Shown here: positions 37,570-49,301 of the stretch, one piece after another | Layout of the letters: the number at the start of each line of letters is the position of its first letter | Numbering within the stretch: position 1 is the stretch's first letter | Source: Oikopleura dioica | Taxonomy: Eukaryota; Animalia; Chordata | Direction of reading: 5' to 3' | DNA: 64,000 nt | NCBI GenBank assembly: GCA_907165135.1 | Contig: OU015569.1 | Location: 3,596,001 to 3,660,000 of the forward strand | Program-made: the position numbers and the translations under genes | Notes under the pieces: generated by a model | Databases searched by the model: none | What the model was told of the DNA's origin: nothing | What the model saw: the letters and a program-made list of their open reading frames with translations, nothing else

Positions 37570-37663
37570 TCAAAGTGAACCGTCCCACTGAAAACGACCC
37601 GGAATTCAACCATTGTTGAAATGAAATTTCTTCATTTCAGATTTGCGCGTGAAAAATCCCACG

Positions 37664-38043
37664 ATGGCGGACGAAAATAAGGTCGAACACATCAACCTCA
37701 AGGTCGCCGGCCAGGATGGCTCTGTCGTCCAGATAGGGTTACTCGATCTCCTTGCCATGCGTTTAAGATTTATTTGCTCAAGTAACCCGCGTTTTACTTC
37801 AAAATCAAAAAGCACACCCCGCTCCGCAAGCTGATGCAGGCCTACTGCGACCGACAAGGTCTCCAGCTCAACCTTGTGCGATTCCGATTCGACGGAAACC
37901 CGGTCAAGGTAGCTCTCATTCTCCTTTTCTTTCTTTTAACATGGTAATTTTAGGAGACCGACACTCCCGAAAACCTCGAGATGGAGGACGAAGACACCAT
38001 CGACGTGTTCCAAAGCCAAACCGGCGGCTTTGTTGCCAACTGA
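37664..38043 (+). CDS. SUMO: Small ubiquitin-like modifier (SUMO2/3-like)
   Basis: [23 protein letters not shown]|[37 protein letters not shown]|[29 protein letters not shown], with the di-Gly maturation site. Confidence 0.97.
37733..37797 (+). other. Non-canonical intron (best reading AT-AC, 65 bp) in SUMO
   Basis: Removing it restores GSVVQFKIK. Every AG acceptor in the segment is followed by the in-frame TAA at 37783-85, and the next AG deletes the conserved FKIKK. Confidence 0.85.
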
Positions 38044-38353
38044 ACAGCGCTCTCCCTTACAGAAACTGCCTTCCTCTCTCTCAGTCCCCATTTTTGCACC
38101 GACCCTTCGCGTGCAACTTCGCACATCAACATGGAGAAGATTAATTTTTAGTTCAAATTGTCATTCAAAAAATTATCGCATTTTCTTTCTGAAATCTGAA
38201 TTTTTAATTTGCCGTTTTGTTCCCCCAGCAGCCCTACAGCTACTAGAGCAAGGGTTGTTTTATATCTCGCAATTCTTTGTTTCTCCTTCGACAAAATTAC
38301 TGGAATAAAATTACTCAAAAAATCGCAAATCTCATCGTTGTTTTCTTATAAGA

Positions 38354-40133
38354 ATGCCGCGTGGCAAGGAAGGCAAAGCAAATCGGGCTTTTATTAAGCC
38401 CGGCGAGGGCAAGAAATTCAGGCTCGTCAATCGCTCCTACAGAGATTTGGCTGGTTTCGCACCCGGTGCCAGTCAGCATGTCTTGGCGCCGATCGGTGAA
38501 GCCGCCGAGGACATGACCGTGGACGAAATGTAAGCGTTAAAACTTGTTCAATTCGTTGATTTTTGTTGCTAGGAAAGCGCTTGAGCGTTCTCATGGGGTC
38601 GATTTCGACGACAATTACAACTACATGCAGCATTTGCGAGAACGCTCTCGCGAAGCTGTCGTTTGGGAATCGGCAGACACTCAGTCTCAGTTCTCCCTGG
38701 CTTCTGGCATGTCAGGCATGAGCAGAGCATCCCGAAGAAGTCGATTCTCGACAATGTCGAAGCTTTCACGCGTTTCCAAGCCTTCGGAAGTCGGTGTTCT
38801 ATTTGAATCCAACATGGAATTGCCCGACAATCATTTTCAAGAACTTGCTGCAGAACAGTATGAATTTAATGTACGTGATTCATATTCAACTAAGCAAGCA
38901 AGTTTAAAAACCTTTTTAGTTGGATGTTGACCCCGAAGTTGCTGCACAGTTGGAGGAGCATGATCCAGAGGAGATTCTTCTTAATCCGGAAGATGAGGAC
39001 TGCGATATGTTCGACGAAATGATTGCCCAAGCGCGTGAACAGGGAAGCGACGATGAATTCGACGAGATGCATGGCACGGGCGAAACTATCGGAGCATCTG
39101 ATCCGGCGATCGTGTGGCAGCGATTTCTCGAGTCCACCGGAGCATATGCGGGCGACGATAACAGAACGATGCCAGAGGATCAAGAATACGGTGATTTCTC
39201 CGACAATGAAGCTCAGTTCTCTGACGACGTTAGCTTATTACTATACCGGACAGATAGTTATCATTCTTTCAGGATGACGACAAACAGACTCGTTTCACTG
39301 CGTATTCAATGACCTCCTCTATAATGCGCAGAAATAAGAATCTTCAAAACTTGGACGAACACTTTGAGGGCTACTTCGCTGAGTTTGACGATGAAGAGCT
39401 CGGAGATATGCCTCAAAAAGATCTCGACCAGAACGAAATCGACCACGATTCAAAGCTGCTTGAAAATGCGATTCAAGCCGATTACAAGGAATTCAAAGGC
39501 GAAGTTCGCTATGGCGAAGGGGTAGGAAAACTAGAAACCTGATTTCCTTTATTTGACCAATTTAGGTTCATAATATGATCGACCTGGCGAAACAGCTCAA
39601 CATGGCAGAAGATGTGCGTCGATACATGGCGAACCGCGGAGAAAGCGATTCTGAAGAAGAAATGCCAGAACTGGTAGAAGTCGAGGCGAAGCCAAAGTGG
39701 GACTGTGAATCGATCATATCTACGTATTCCAACCTGTACAACCGCCCGAAAGTCGTCAACGACGATGGATTCTCAGTAAAAAGCAAACTGAAGCCAAAAC
39801 GAGGCAGCAGAAAGGTGATGTTCGGATCCGCCTTGAAGGAACTAGAAGCCGACTATCAGAAGGAAAGGGTGGCCGAGAGAGCCCCAGCGCCAAAAGCGAG
39901 AAGTAAAAATGAATCAAAAGAAGAGAAGAAACTTAGGAAGCAAGCCGTCAAGGAGGCAAAACGTGAAAGAAGGTAAGTGTCTGCATAACACAATTAGCTA
40001 TTTCGCGTCACTCTGAGCTCCTACCTCAAACTATCATTTTAGGATAGAGAAGAAGGAAACCAAGATGGCATTTGCACACGAATTCAACCAAGCTGCAAAG
40101 AGGGACAAAGGAAACAGCGTGAAATTGCATTAA
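38354..40133 (+). CDS. LTV1: Ribosome (40S) biogenesis factor LTV1
   Basis: KKFRLVNRSYRD, GVDFDDNYNYMQHLRE, TRFTAYSMTSSIMRRN and KWDCESIISTYSNLYNRP. Confidence 0.93.
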
Positions 40134-40255
40134 AACTGAAAATAAAACACCACGAGTCTGTACTGAGGCGGTATGTGGAGTCTTGTTTTGCGGAGTCCAC
40201 TGGTTTTTTTTAATTATTATTTATTTCTTGAAGAAGTTTGCAGGGCAGATAGGTC

Positions 40256-42170
40256 TCAGATGTCGAGATAGTTTTCAGGATTGGCATGGAAATCGGCGAT
40301 CTCATCGTGAGAGTAGCGGGGCTCATGTTCCGGAATTGGATGGTCTTTCCAGGTAAGAAACTCCTTCTGGCTCATGCTTAAAACTGGCTTAGAGTAGACT
40401 CAAATAGATCGAATTACCGAAGCCATTCTGTCGTCTCAAGAAAATCTTCTAGTGGAACATACTCTCTTCCTTTGAAAGAGATAGGTTTTTCGTTGTATCT
40501 GATTCTAATAAATTTGTCTTTCGTTTCGTCCACGTGAAACTCGAAAACGATATGAGCGGAAAAAGGAGGAAAATAGAAGATTTCACTTTTTTCATGAGGA
40601 GCCATTCGGAACAGGAGCGCTTCCATTACAGGGATTACTAAAACATCTCAAAATCAGCAAACGAGATTGACTCTTACATGTTGTATCGTGCGCGCTGAGA
40701 ATCGAAATCGGGGCCTCCAATTCATTAACAATGTACTCAAGAATTCGTCCGGCCTTGATGGGCAGGGCATGCGCTTTCTCTTCGACCGAGGTTCCATTAA
40801 CTCCGAGACAGGTAACCAGAGATAGATGCTCAATAAGAGGGTAATACTTTCGGAAAGCAGCGGCATTGACGACTCTAGAAATTCATTAAAAAGTGTGAGT
40901 TCTGAAAAACTAACGGGATTCCGTGAGCAAATCTAGCCGCTAGGTCATCGTACAAAGCAAGAGGAAGCAACTGATGCTGTGGCCGACCATCAGTTCTCTT
41001 CTGTAATCCAAGCTCACGTACTGCCTCCGACCACATTGGTCTAATTTGATCGTGAAGAGGCGATGCAAGCCACATCCAGCGGTAGTTTTGGAGTGAGCCG
41101 GAGCAGGAATGCATGTAAGTTAGGAACTCTTCGTCAAGCTTTCCTTGAACTTCTATCTTTAATGCGATGAGATAACATTTATTCGAAAAGAGTCATGAAA
41201 CGAGTTTCCTTGGCAATTATTAGAGAGGAAAGGAGGGGAGCTTTCCGGGAAGGACAACCTTGTTCCCCTTCTGCTTAGTGGGGATTTCCAGCGCCTACAG
41301 CTTTTTGCTAGAAATACAATTTTCGATGTGGCGTAGAAATTATTCTGTAAGGCTAGCGTAAATGCGGTGATTGCTGAGGATTGAATGCGTTCCCTTTATT
41401 TTGCAAACTTTAGTGTTTAAGTAGGTTTCGGAAGCCTTACCACCGGATTAGTGGATGCGATGAGGGAGGAGGAATAACCGGACCGCCTCCTCCGGAAGAA
41501 TTTGACCGGAATCCACAATTCCGGCAGGGGAAAGCGGGCGGTTTTCCTGTGTGCGACCGTGTGTGAGTGATAGATTCTCATTTCGTTTGCCTGTAGGCAT
41601 TTCCCTCGGCGGAAAGCGTCCTTCCCTTTTTTAATTGTGCTCGACAGCCAAATACAACGCGCATTGTCTTTTCAAGTAGAGCGCGGCGAATACCACTCTC
41701 AGATCGAATAGATCAACGCATCCTTTACTTCTGAGGGTTGATTCGTCAGTCCGCCGACGATCGCCCGGGCTGACTCAACTGTTCGCTTGACATTAGTACT
41801 CCGCACGTACAGATCTTCTGCTTCTCTTCTCCCATACATCTTCGCCAAAAATTCCCCGATGCCGACGTTGCCCAAGTAGCCAATACTCGTCAGCCATCCA
41901 GCAGGACCGCCGCAGGCGTGTTCGCCGTCAGGGTCGAATCCCGCCGTGACTGGTCCACCGTTGACGCCGGCCAGTTTCACGTTTACCTTGCTAACATCGC
42001 CTACGAAATTGATCATTGAAATTATTATTCCTAACCGACTAACGGGGTATTTTATAAAGGCCCGATTGATTCCAGTTGGCTGGTCCCAGTTCTGGCAAAT
42101 TGTAGAGGGAGCTTCGCGCGCCGTGCCTCGCCAAGCAGACTACTCGTTTCAACTCCATTCCGCGAGTCAT
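40256..42170 (-). CDS. ACP6: Histidine acid phosphatase, ACP6-like
   Basis: RHGAR catalytic motif, LTSIG, RSTNVKRTVESA and SAHDTT. The first intron is GC-AG. The start codon is uncertain. Confidence 0.75.
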
Positions 42171-43927
42171 CACTTCCTCTATTGTCTTTCGAACTTTCCA
42201 GAGTCTCTCAGGCTTTCCAACACGAGCCAATCAGCGCGCTGCATTATCTCGATGAGAACTTGTCTTTCGAAGGTCCCTGACTATCTCTCCTTTCCTCACG
42301 AATAAGTTAGAAAGAATTCTCTTTGAAACTACCGCATGTTTTACATATTTTTCAAAATTATATCAACATGTCTTTTCACTAAACGTAAAAAATTGAAGCC
42401 GTAGTAGAGAAGCAAGGAAATTGAATTTATTAATAGAAAATCGCCCAAGCCTCATTTTTAGCCACTTCCGATTGATGACGAGAATTGAAATCGAATCAAT
42501 TGATTTTCTCTGATAGAGTCGGATATTGACGCAACATCCGCAAATTTTTCCTTCCCAGGAGGAAGTTTTGGATTCTCCGGCGATTCATTTCCGAATTCAG
42601 AATGAGGGAATCAGCCATTGAAAATAAAATTTATAAAATTTTGATTTAAAAAAAACCTTCAATTCACAAGTAAATTTTTTTCAGAGCTTTTTATAAAAGT
42701 AAGTATATTTTTATGAACTTAACATATGTTAATTATAATTAAACTTTCTACCGGCCAGTGATTACAACTCAATTTGATCAGTACTAAAAAGTAGTCTGGG
42801 ATGAAGGGGCGAGCGGATTAACCCAGATTCTCAATAACAATCACGCTCTATTTGCTACATCTGCTGAGAGACTTCCTTTCCGCTTACTTTTTTGTTCCTT
42901 TCAATTTCAGTGAGCAGATGAGCACCACTGACCATGCAGGGATTTCGGGTGTTTATTTACACTGGAATTGTGTCTGAACTCGAATTAGGTAGGCAACAAG
43001 GTCGGAGGATAAGATCACTTCGGCCTATTCAAGCTTTGCAACTTTTGACTCTTTGCTTCTAGAATCAGAGATGATCTTCTTGATATGTCGTTTTACTATT
43101 TAAAATAACTGAAGATGGCTAAATTCCTCGAAAATATTCAATCCAAGTGGGAAGATAAAATAGGTAGGATATTAAGTCCTTTACATTTTCTGCAGGAGAA
43201 GTTCCGGTTTTTGAGAATTATGATCGAAAAATGTCTCCTGTTGTGTTCGGAAGAGCATTTCCGGTTTAAGATCCTTCGATTTCACGGAAAATAATCGGTC
43301 AGCCGTCTTCGACTGTCGCTAAAACTATCAAACCAGAAACGTCCGACTTGACGATTCTTTTGAGATTTTAGCGTTCTGTCAGAGGACAACATTTACTGTT
43401 TCTTTTCGCTTTAGAAAATTTATTAGGTATCCAAGCTGCGCGATTTCCCTCTTTCGAATATTTGGTTAGTCACAATAATCGCAGTATAACAGTCGCAGTT
43501 TTATTTGCACTGGCGGAGGGAGAATATGTAATTTTTGAACGGCTCTGCATCCGATTATGAAGAACAGTGGCACCCCAGCTTATTATAATAGAATCCATTT
43601 GCATTTATACGCCGAGTGTCGAAGGAACTAGCCATAGTGATCTCGCTGAAGTTAGTTGTCTTGAATTGAATCAGATGCTACACTCGCGCGATGAAGTTTG
43701 GGCGTCATCATTTCCTGTGAGCGTCAGTTTAAGTTTTCACTTGTTAACCTTTGACTTGCTCATTCTAGTGCTGTAGTAGCGGGCCTATCTTATCGGGAGA
43801 GGGTTGGATACAGTCTCATCCTTCGAAGACAGGTGCTGCGCAGGGGATAGAAGGTCGGTTAGGGCAGCGAGGTGTGGCCAGCACTGCTGGTCCGCGGTGG
43901 AGGTGTCTCAGTGGTCGGTTGGGGTCG

Positions 43928-44471
43928 CTCTCGCGGCCGCGAGAGTTGAGCTGGCCCGTGAGTGCCGCTACGAGTGAGTCATTTGACGCGAGCGCCTTGC
44001 CCATTTCTCTTTTCAATTTTAAATCGAGCTCTCTGGCCGCCCCAAGTTTCTTTTTCCTTTTGCATCTGACTGTGCGTAGTGCAGGGAAGTCGAAAACAGA
44101 CTCCTTGGCTGTTAGTTGAAGTCCGAGCAGACGGGCGAAGAAGAGTCAAAGAGGCCGTCTGACCGACGCACGATCGCGTCCTAAAGAGAAGCGATCTTCG
44201 GAGAGCAAACTTTACTTATCTTCTGGGCCTAACTCCGACTGTCAATCTGACAAGAGAGATAAGAAAGAACTGCTGGCGGAAATAAAGAAGACGTAGCAAA
44301 AGACAGAGTGATGAACAAAGGGCATGTCGAGGAAGTGAGCAGTCCAAATCCGAATCCAGGTGAGCTTGTAATCATTGATCAGCGTAATGTATCAGAGCAA
44401 GTGTTATGGCCGCTCTGACTCTCGGTTGACTCAAGGAGTGAGTCATTTCCGGTTGTGGAGCTGTTTCCGGT
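43928..44471. promoter_or_regulatory. Candidate AP-1/ETS elements and GC palindrome around the DUSP first exon
   Basis: TGAGTCA at 43975 and 44439, TGACTCA at 44427, TTTCCGG ETS-type cores at ~44446 and ~44464, and an 18-bp perfect palindrome at 43928-45. Confidence 0.45.
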
Positions 44472-46923
44472 CGCGCCGTTGCGATTCTCATTGATCTTTC
44501 TCTCCTTTTAATCTCTTTCTTACTTCTGTGTATGCTCGTACCTACGTAGACAGCTCCTTCCTCAAAGGGCCACAGTGAGACAAGAGATTGTAGTTCGAAC
44601 GGTCTGGTAGAGCCAGCTCTAGGCTGGTAAGCAGGGCATTACCAGACAGCTTATTTACTGGACACAGGCTGATAAACTATCTCCCTAGGCGAGCACTACT
44701 AAAAACACTCGCCTGAGGCAAAGCAGTCTATAGATTCTTGAGTTATTTGGGACTGTCTCTCTTCAATATTGATTGAATTCGGTTATTCAGGAATGATGGA
44801 CCCGAGCGCTAAATACGGTAACCATACGTTAGCAACTCGATATTGTTGGGTTCACGTTTTGAACGGGTTCCTCAGAGAACGCTTCTCACCAAAATCCAAA
44901 ATTCGATGATTTTAGCAAGACTCTCTGATAAGTCTCCGCAAGCTTATTTCATTGTTTATTACTGCGATAAGTAATTTATCACAAATTAATTGTTACGCTA
45001 CGTCAACATTAATTTTCTTACATATAATTATAAATAACAAAGCCTCAGTGATCGAGTCGTGATGTTTGATTCAAGGCAACGGACTAATTCAGCTTTTTAG
45101 AACAAATTTCCTGCGAAACATTGGCAATATGGCTGGCAACATCAAAGAAGGTACTTCTTATAGATTGCCGCTCTTTCCCTCTTGGCAAGAAGAGGTTAAA
45201 GGGAGCTCAAGCGATGAGGAGCAACTCTATCAAAATGCGCAGATGTAAAGGTTCGTTGTTATTTGTCTGAAGAAATGCTCAGTTTCAATATAAGGAAATC
45301 TTCCTTTACCGGACATCATTCCCGATGCAGAGGCAAGACACCGATTAGAAAACGACCATTACGAGGAAGGGATTTTCAGTTTAGAAAGTAAATTGTATTT
45401 TATCGCATTCACCGACAAAATATAGTAAGGTTTACTTAGAAGGTGGAAATCTCATCAAAGTGCGTAGTAATTTATGATGAAAATGGCATCACCAGCACCT
45501 GCAAGTTAGTTTTCGACAATATTCAAAAGGTCTCTGTTTCGTCGAGAATATGCGTTCTTGAAGGTAAAATTTTTGCGACTCTTGCTTTGAGCAAGTTCGA
45601 TTGAGTGAGATTTTAAACCTGCATAGGTGGTATGAGCAGCATTCAAAAAACACACCCTGGCCTTGTGGACCAAGGCAACAGCGCTGGGTTGGCGCCGATC
45701 TCAGTCGATGGAAAGCCGCCAATGCTGACTCCACTTCCTCCGAGAACTCCTTCTTTTGACGAGACTGCAGTCGACGAGCGTTTACGTACTGTTAGGCAAA
45801 GTGAAAAGGAAAAGAACACACCCGAGTATGATCAGGTAACGTGGAGCAATAGATTCTCCCCTTGTTAAACGTTATCTTAGTGAATTTATAGTTTTTCTTC
45901 AAATAACGTAAAGCAAGAAATCGCACATTCTCCAATCTTGCTGAAAAGCAAGCATGTGGTCTACTTTTGAATTTTAATATTTGAGCGTTAGATTCTCCCT
46001 GACAATTTTATTGCTTCAAGAGAAGAGCTGCTGTTAGCTATATTTTCAGTGAGCTCAAGGCCACGGGAAATTTCGCATGATCACGTGTCATAGGTGCCCT
46101 TTTAAAGAATGATTAAAAAGTGATAATTGCATGTGGTCGTCGCCTCGAGATCTTCCTTAGTAGCTTCGTAAATCATCGTTGCGCTAAGAAGATCACTAAG
46201 GTCTCGCTTTTTCACCTTTTGAAATTTGAATGCTATCTAGAATTGTATCATATCATTTAGGGACCTCCAGTGAATATTCTTGATCACTTATTTCTTGGTT
46301 CGGCGGCACATGCAAGTCAATTGGAGCTGTTGAAACGGTTAGGAATCACTGCACTGCTAAACGTGAGTCCTAACTGTCCGAACCACTGGCCGGATAAGTT
46401 CGTCTACGAGACAATCCCAGTTGAAGATAATTCGACTGCCGATATCAAGGCCCACTTTCACAAGGCAAGAGACCCTAGCGATAGCTCAATCGTTATTTTC
46501 TGATTTAGGCGATAAGATTTATCAACAAAGTGAAGGAAGACGGGGGCCGTGTACTTGTGCACTGTAGAGCTGGAGTCTCTCGCAGTGCTACTCTCTGCCT
46601 TGCTTACTTAATCTCTTGTCGGGGAATGTCCCTTAACGACGCATACGACGAAGTAAAGGTGAGTTTTTGAGTCGTACTCCAGGAGTCTAACTAGCTTTGC
46701 AGAGGAAAAGACGCGTGATCGCTCCGAACTTCAACTTTATGGGACAGCTACTTTCGTGGCAAGAAGAGCAGCGCTTGAATCCGTTGGTAGAGCCGATGGC
46801 CGAGCTGCAGATAGAGTCGCAGGTAAGTTGCGAGTCGAGCGGCTCATATTTACCGCGCAGCTAAAAACAGACCTAGCCGAAGAAGAAGAACTTCATTCGG
46901 ATCGCCTAAAAAACTATCCCTAA
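44311..46923 (+). CDS. DUSP: MAP kinase phosphatase, DUSP1/2/4/5 type (rhodanese + DSP domains)
   Basis: VLLIDCRSF...[59 protein letters not shown] and [12 protein letters not shown]. Confidence 0.92.
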
Positions 46924-47395
46924 GTGCCTTCCCTCTCCTTCTCAGCCTCTTTGTTTCTTTACAATGTGATTGTTTCTATATTCCAAAATTATTATTGCCT
47001 CCCACAACAGTGCCACAAAATACAAACCCAAGGCAGAACGTTCCCCTGCGCAACTTGAGTCGACGCTGATTTAAACAGACCCTTGTTTGTTATTTTTATT
47101 ATTATTTTAATAAGAAAAACAAAATGCGTAACTGTATGATATACAAACTACTCTCCTTAATTTATTGCGGAATTGTGATTGCTCGAAAACCGAAAAATGA
47201 TCGTCTTTTGTCAACAAATCCTATTTGCCTTTTGTGTTCCCGCAATAAATTTCAATCAAAATACAATCTAAGAATGATATTTTTTCTATATTTAAATCGA
47301 TAAGGCTGTAAAAAAGACGGTCTAAGGGAAGGGTCAAGCTGAAAAGTGACAGGAGAATAACTGTGGTTGACAGTGCATGATCTGTTTAGTTTTCA

Positions 47396-47841
47396 AGTAA
47401 AGTGAGGAGAGAAACCAAGTCTCCGTGTTGCAGAGGAGTGTGGAAGCAGTCGTCGTCCTGACATAATCGCACCAGATCAGTGAGCACGAAGTAAGTAACA
47501 CCATGTCGGAGCTCTATTGCCGGCCGACACACGCAGTATGGCTGATGGTCTGAAACCTTCTTCCAGGATTTCAGAGGAATCCTGCAATTGGGACACTTTG
47601 GTTCGTGTGTCTTGTTGATATGACGGACAACAGCCGCCCGAGACTTGAACTGCCTTGTTTTGTCACGGCAAAGCTCGCAATGAAGGTGCTCGTTTTCTCG
47701 GCATTCAACTTGTAAATTTCCAGTAGAATCCAGATTCTGGCAGATCTGGACGACTTTGTTGTAGGGCTCCGAACGAGGCGCAGTGATTCTGGTTCGGTAC
47801 TGTCGCTTGACCTTTTTAGTGGTTTTAGAAAACTTTGACAT
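47396..47841 (-). CDS. Small zinc-finger protein (C2H2-like)
   Basis: CELCRDKTRQFKSRAAVVRHINKTH followed by CPNC...HQPYC. Confidence 0.55.
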
Positions 47842-48064
47842 GATCTGTTTTCGCTATGAAACATCAATCATCGGAAGCCATATAAGGAGAGACGTCTCCG
47901 AAAGAGGGCGCAACATGGATGTTTCAAGACTAACTCCGATCACCCGCTGAGTATCCTATCAGATCAAGATTTCAGATAAACTAACGTAAACCGAACCATT
48001 TTTATTTCCTACTGGATATTAAAGCATTGAACGATTTTTGTTTACTTTTTTATTTTTATGCGAA

Positions 48065-48989
48065 TTATATCTTGACAACAGAAGTAGCGTAAGGGTCGGA
48101 GGGCTCATCTTCGCCAATCGTCTCATCCAGAGACGAAGAATAATTGTCTTGCTCTTTCTTTTCGTTTGTCTGTCCACAACTAAAACTAACTCTGACTCCC
48201 ATCAGAAAGGGCCTTACTTTGTCATACTGCCGATAAGCAGCAGCAGGGCAAGAACAAAACCAATTCCTCCAAGGACAGCATAACCAATCGGCCCTTCAAG
48301 TTTCTCCTCGGGACACTGCGATCCGTATACAACGAAGAATCCAATGATGCAGCCAGGGATGAAAAATACAATTCTTTATTTGGATTATTTCGTGCTTTTT
48401 TTAAGTTTTCCAATATTCTCAAGATAACCGTTCCCGCAAAATAAGAGAAATGTGGCGCAAACATTTTTAAGTCGACACATAATGATGATACTTTCGATAA
48501 GAAAAATGAGGCCTGCTACAGAAAAACAGATGATTGAAACTTTCAGGGGATTGTTTTGTGACTCAGAAAATGAGAACACTTTTTATAAAACATACGCCCC
48601 TTGCCTATCCCGATCCAGTTAGAAATGAAGGTTTGAAAACAAGTTTCATCTTCATCTTCATTGATAGCTGTTGCGTTAGTCCAACCATTAGTTGCAATCG
48701 GTATGTACGAGGTTGTTGTTGTTGATGTCGTACTTGTTGTTGTTGTAGTTTTTGTGGCTTCTAACGCTGTAGTAGTTGTAATTGACAAAGTTGATGCCAC
48801 AATTTCTGCACTTTCATTTTCTGTCGATGTCAGTATCTCTGCGTCCGTGTTAGGACTTTCTGTTTTCAATTCCTCCTCACGGATCTCTTAAAGAAAAAAT
48901 AAATATTATTTTTATAAAAATACAATACCGAGTTTGTCTGCGAGGACAAATGTCTGAAGAAGAAAGAAAAACACAGGCAAATTTCTCAT
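48065..48989 (-). CDS. Signal peptide + Thr-rich stalk + multi-TM orphan membrane protein
   Basis: MRNLPVFFFLLQTFVLA, a poly-Thr tract and hydrophobic segments (VSIICFSVAGLIFL; YAVLGGIGFVLALLLL), ending SVVKI*. Confidence 0.55.
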
Positions 48990-49301
48990 TTTCAGTCGAA
49001 AGCTCAATGTTTCTTTACGTTGGGCAATGCACTGCTGAAATATGAAATTTGCTCTGCAATTTCAAGGTGGAATAGGAAAATTTCGGAATCTTCCTCTGTC
49101 GTCAGCAAGTTTAATGACTCGCCTCGAAAAGCAAAGAATGCGAAACTGTAGCATAGACTTTGGTAAAAATGATCTTGCCTGTTTGTGCTTTGATGAACCT
49201 AGAAACGCGTGTTCATTGTGCGAATTCAATCAAAAATGTATAAAGGTCATTTCACCAATTTTCTGAATTCCACCATTTACCCTCATTTATCTCTGTCTAT
49301 A

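Noticed and set aside
37643-37834. ORF-track protein reading through SUMO intron 1 (…[16 protein letters not shown]…)
   Set aside because: This is an intron-retention artefact. It leaves the SUMO fold at Q and terminates early.
40690-40720. Apparent frameshift before the ACP6 HD motif
   Set aside because: Recounting the C4 run shows EAPISILSAHDTT is in frame.
45600-46300. Idea that the DUSP lacks its rhodanese/KIM domain
   Set aside because: The domain is present but split over small exons at ~45100-45630.
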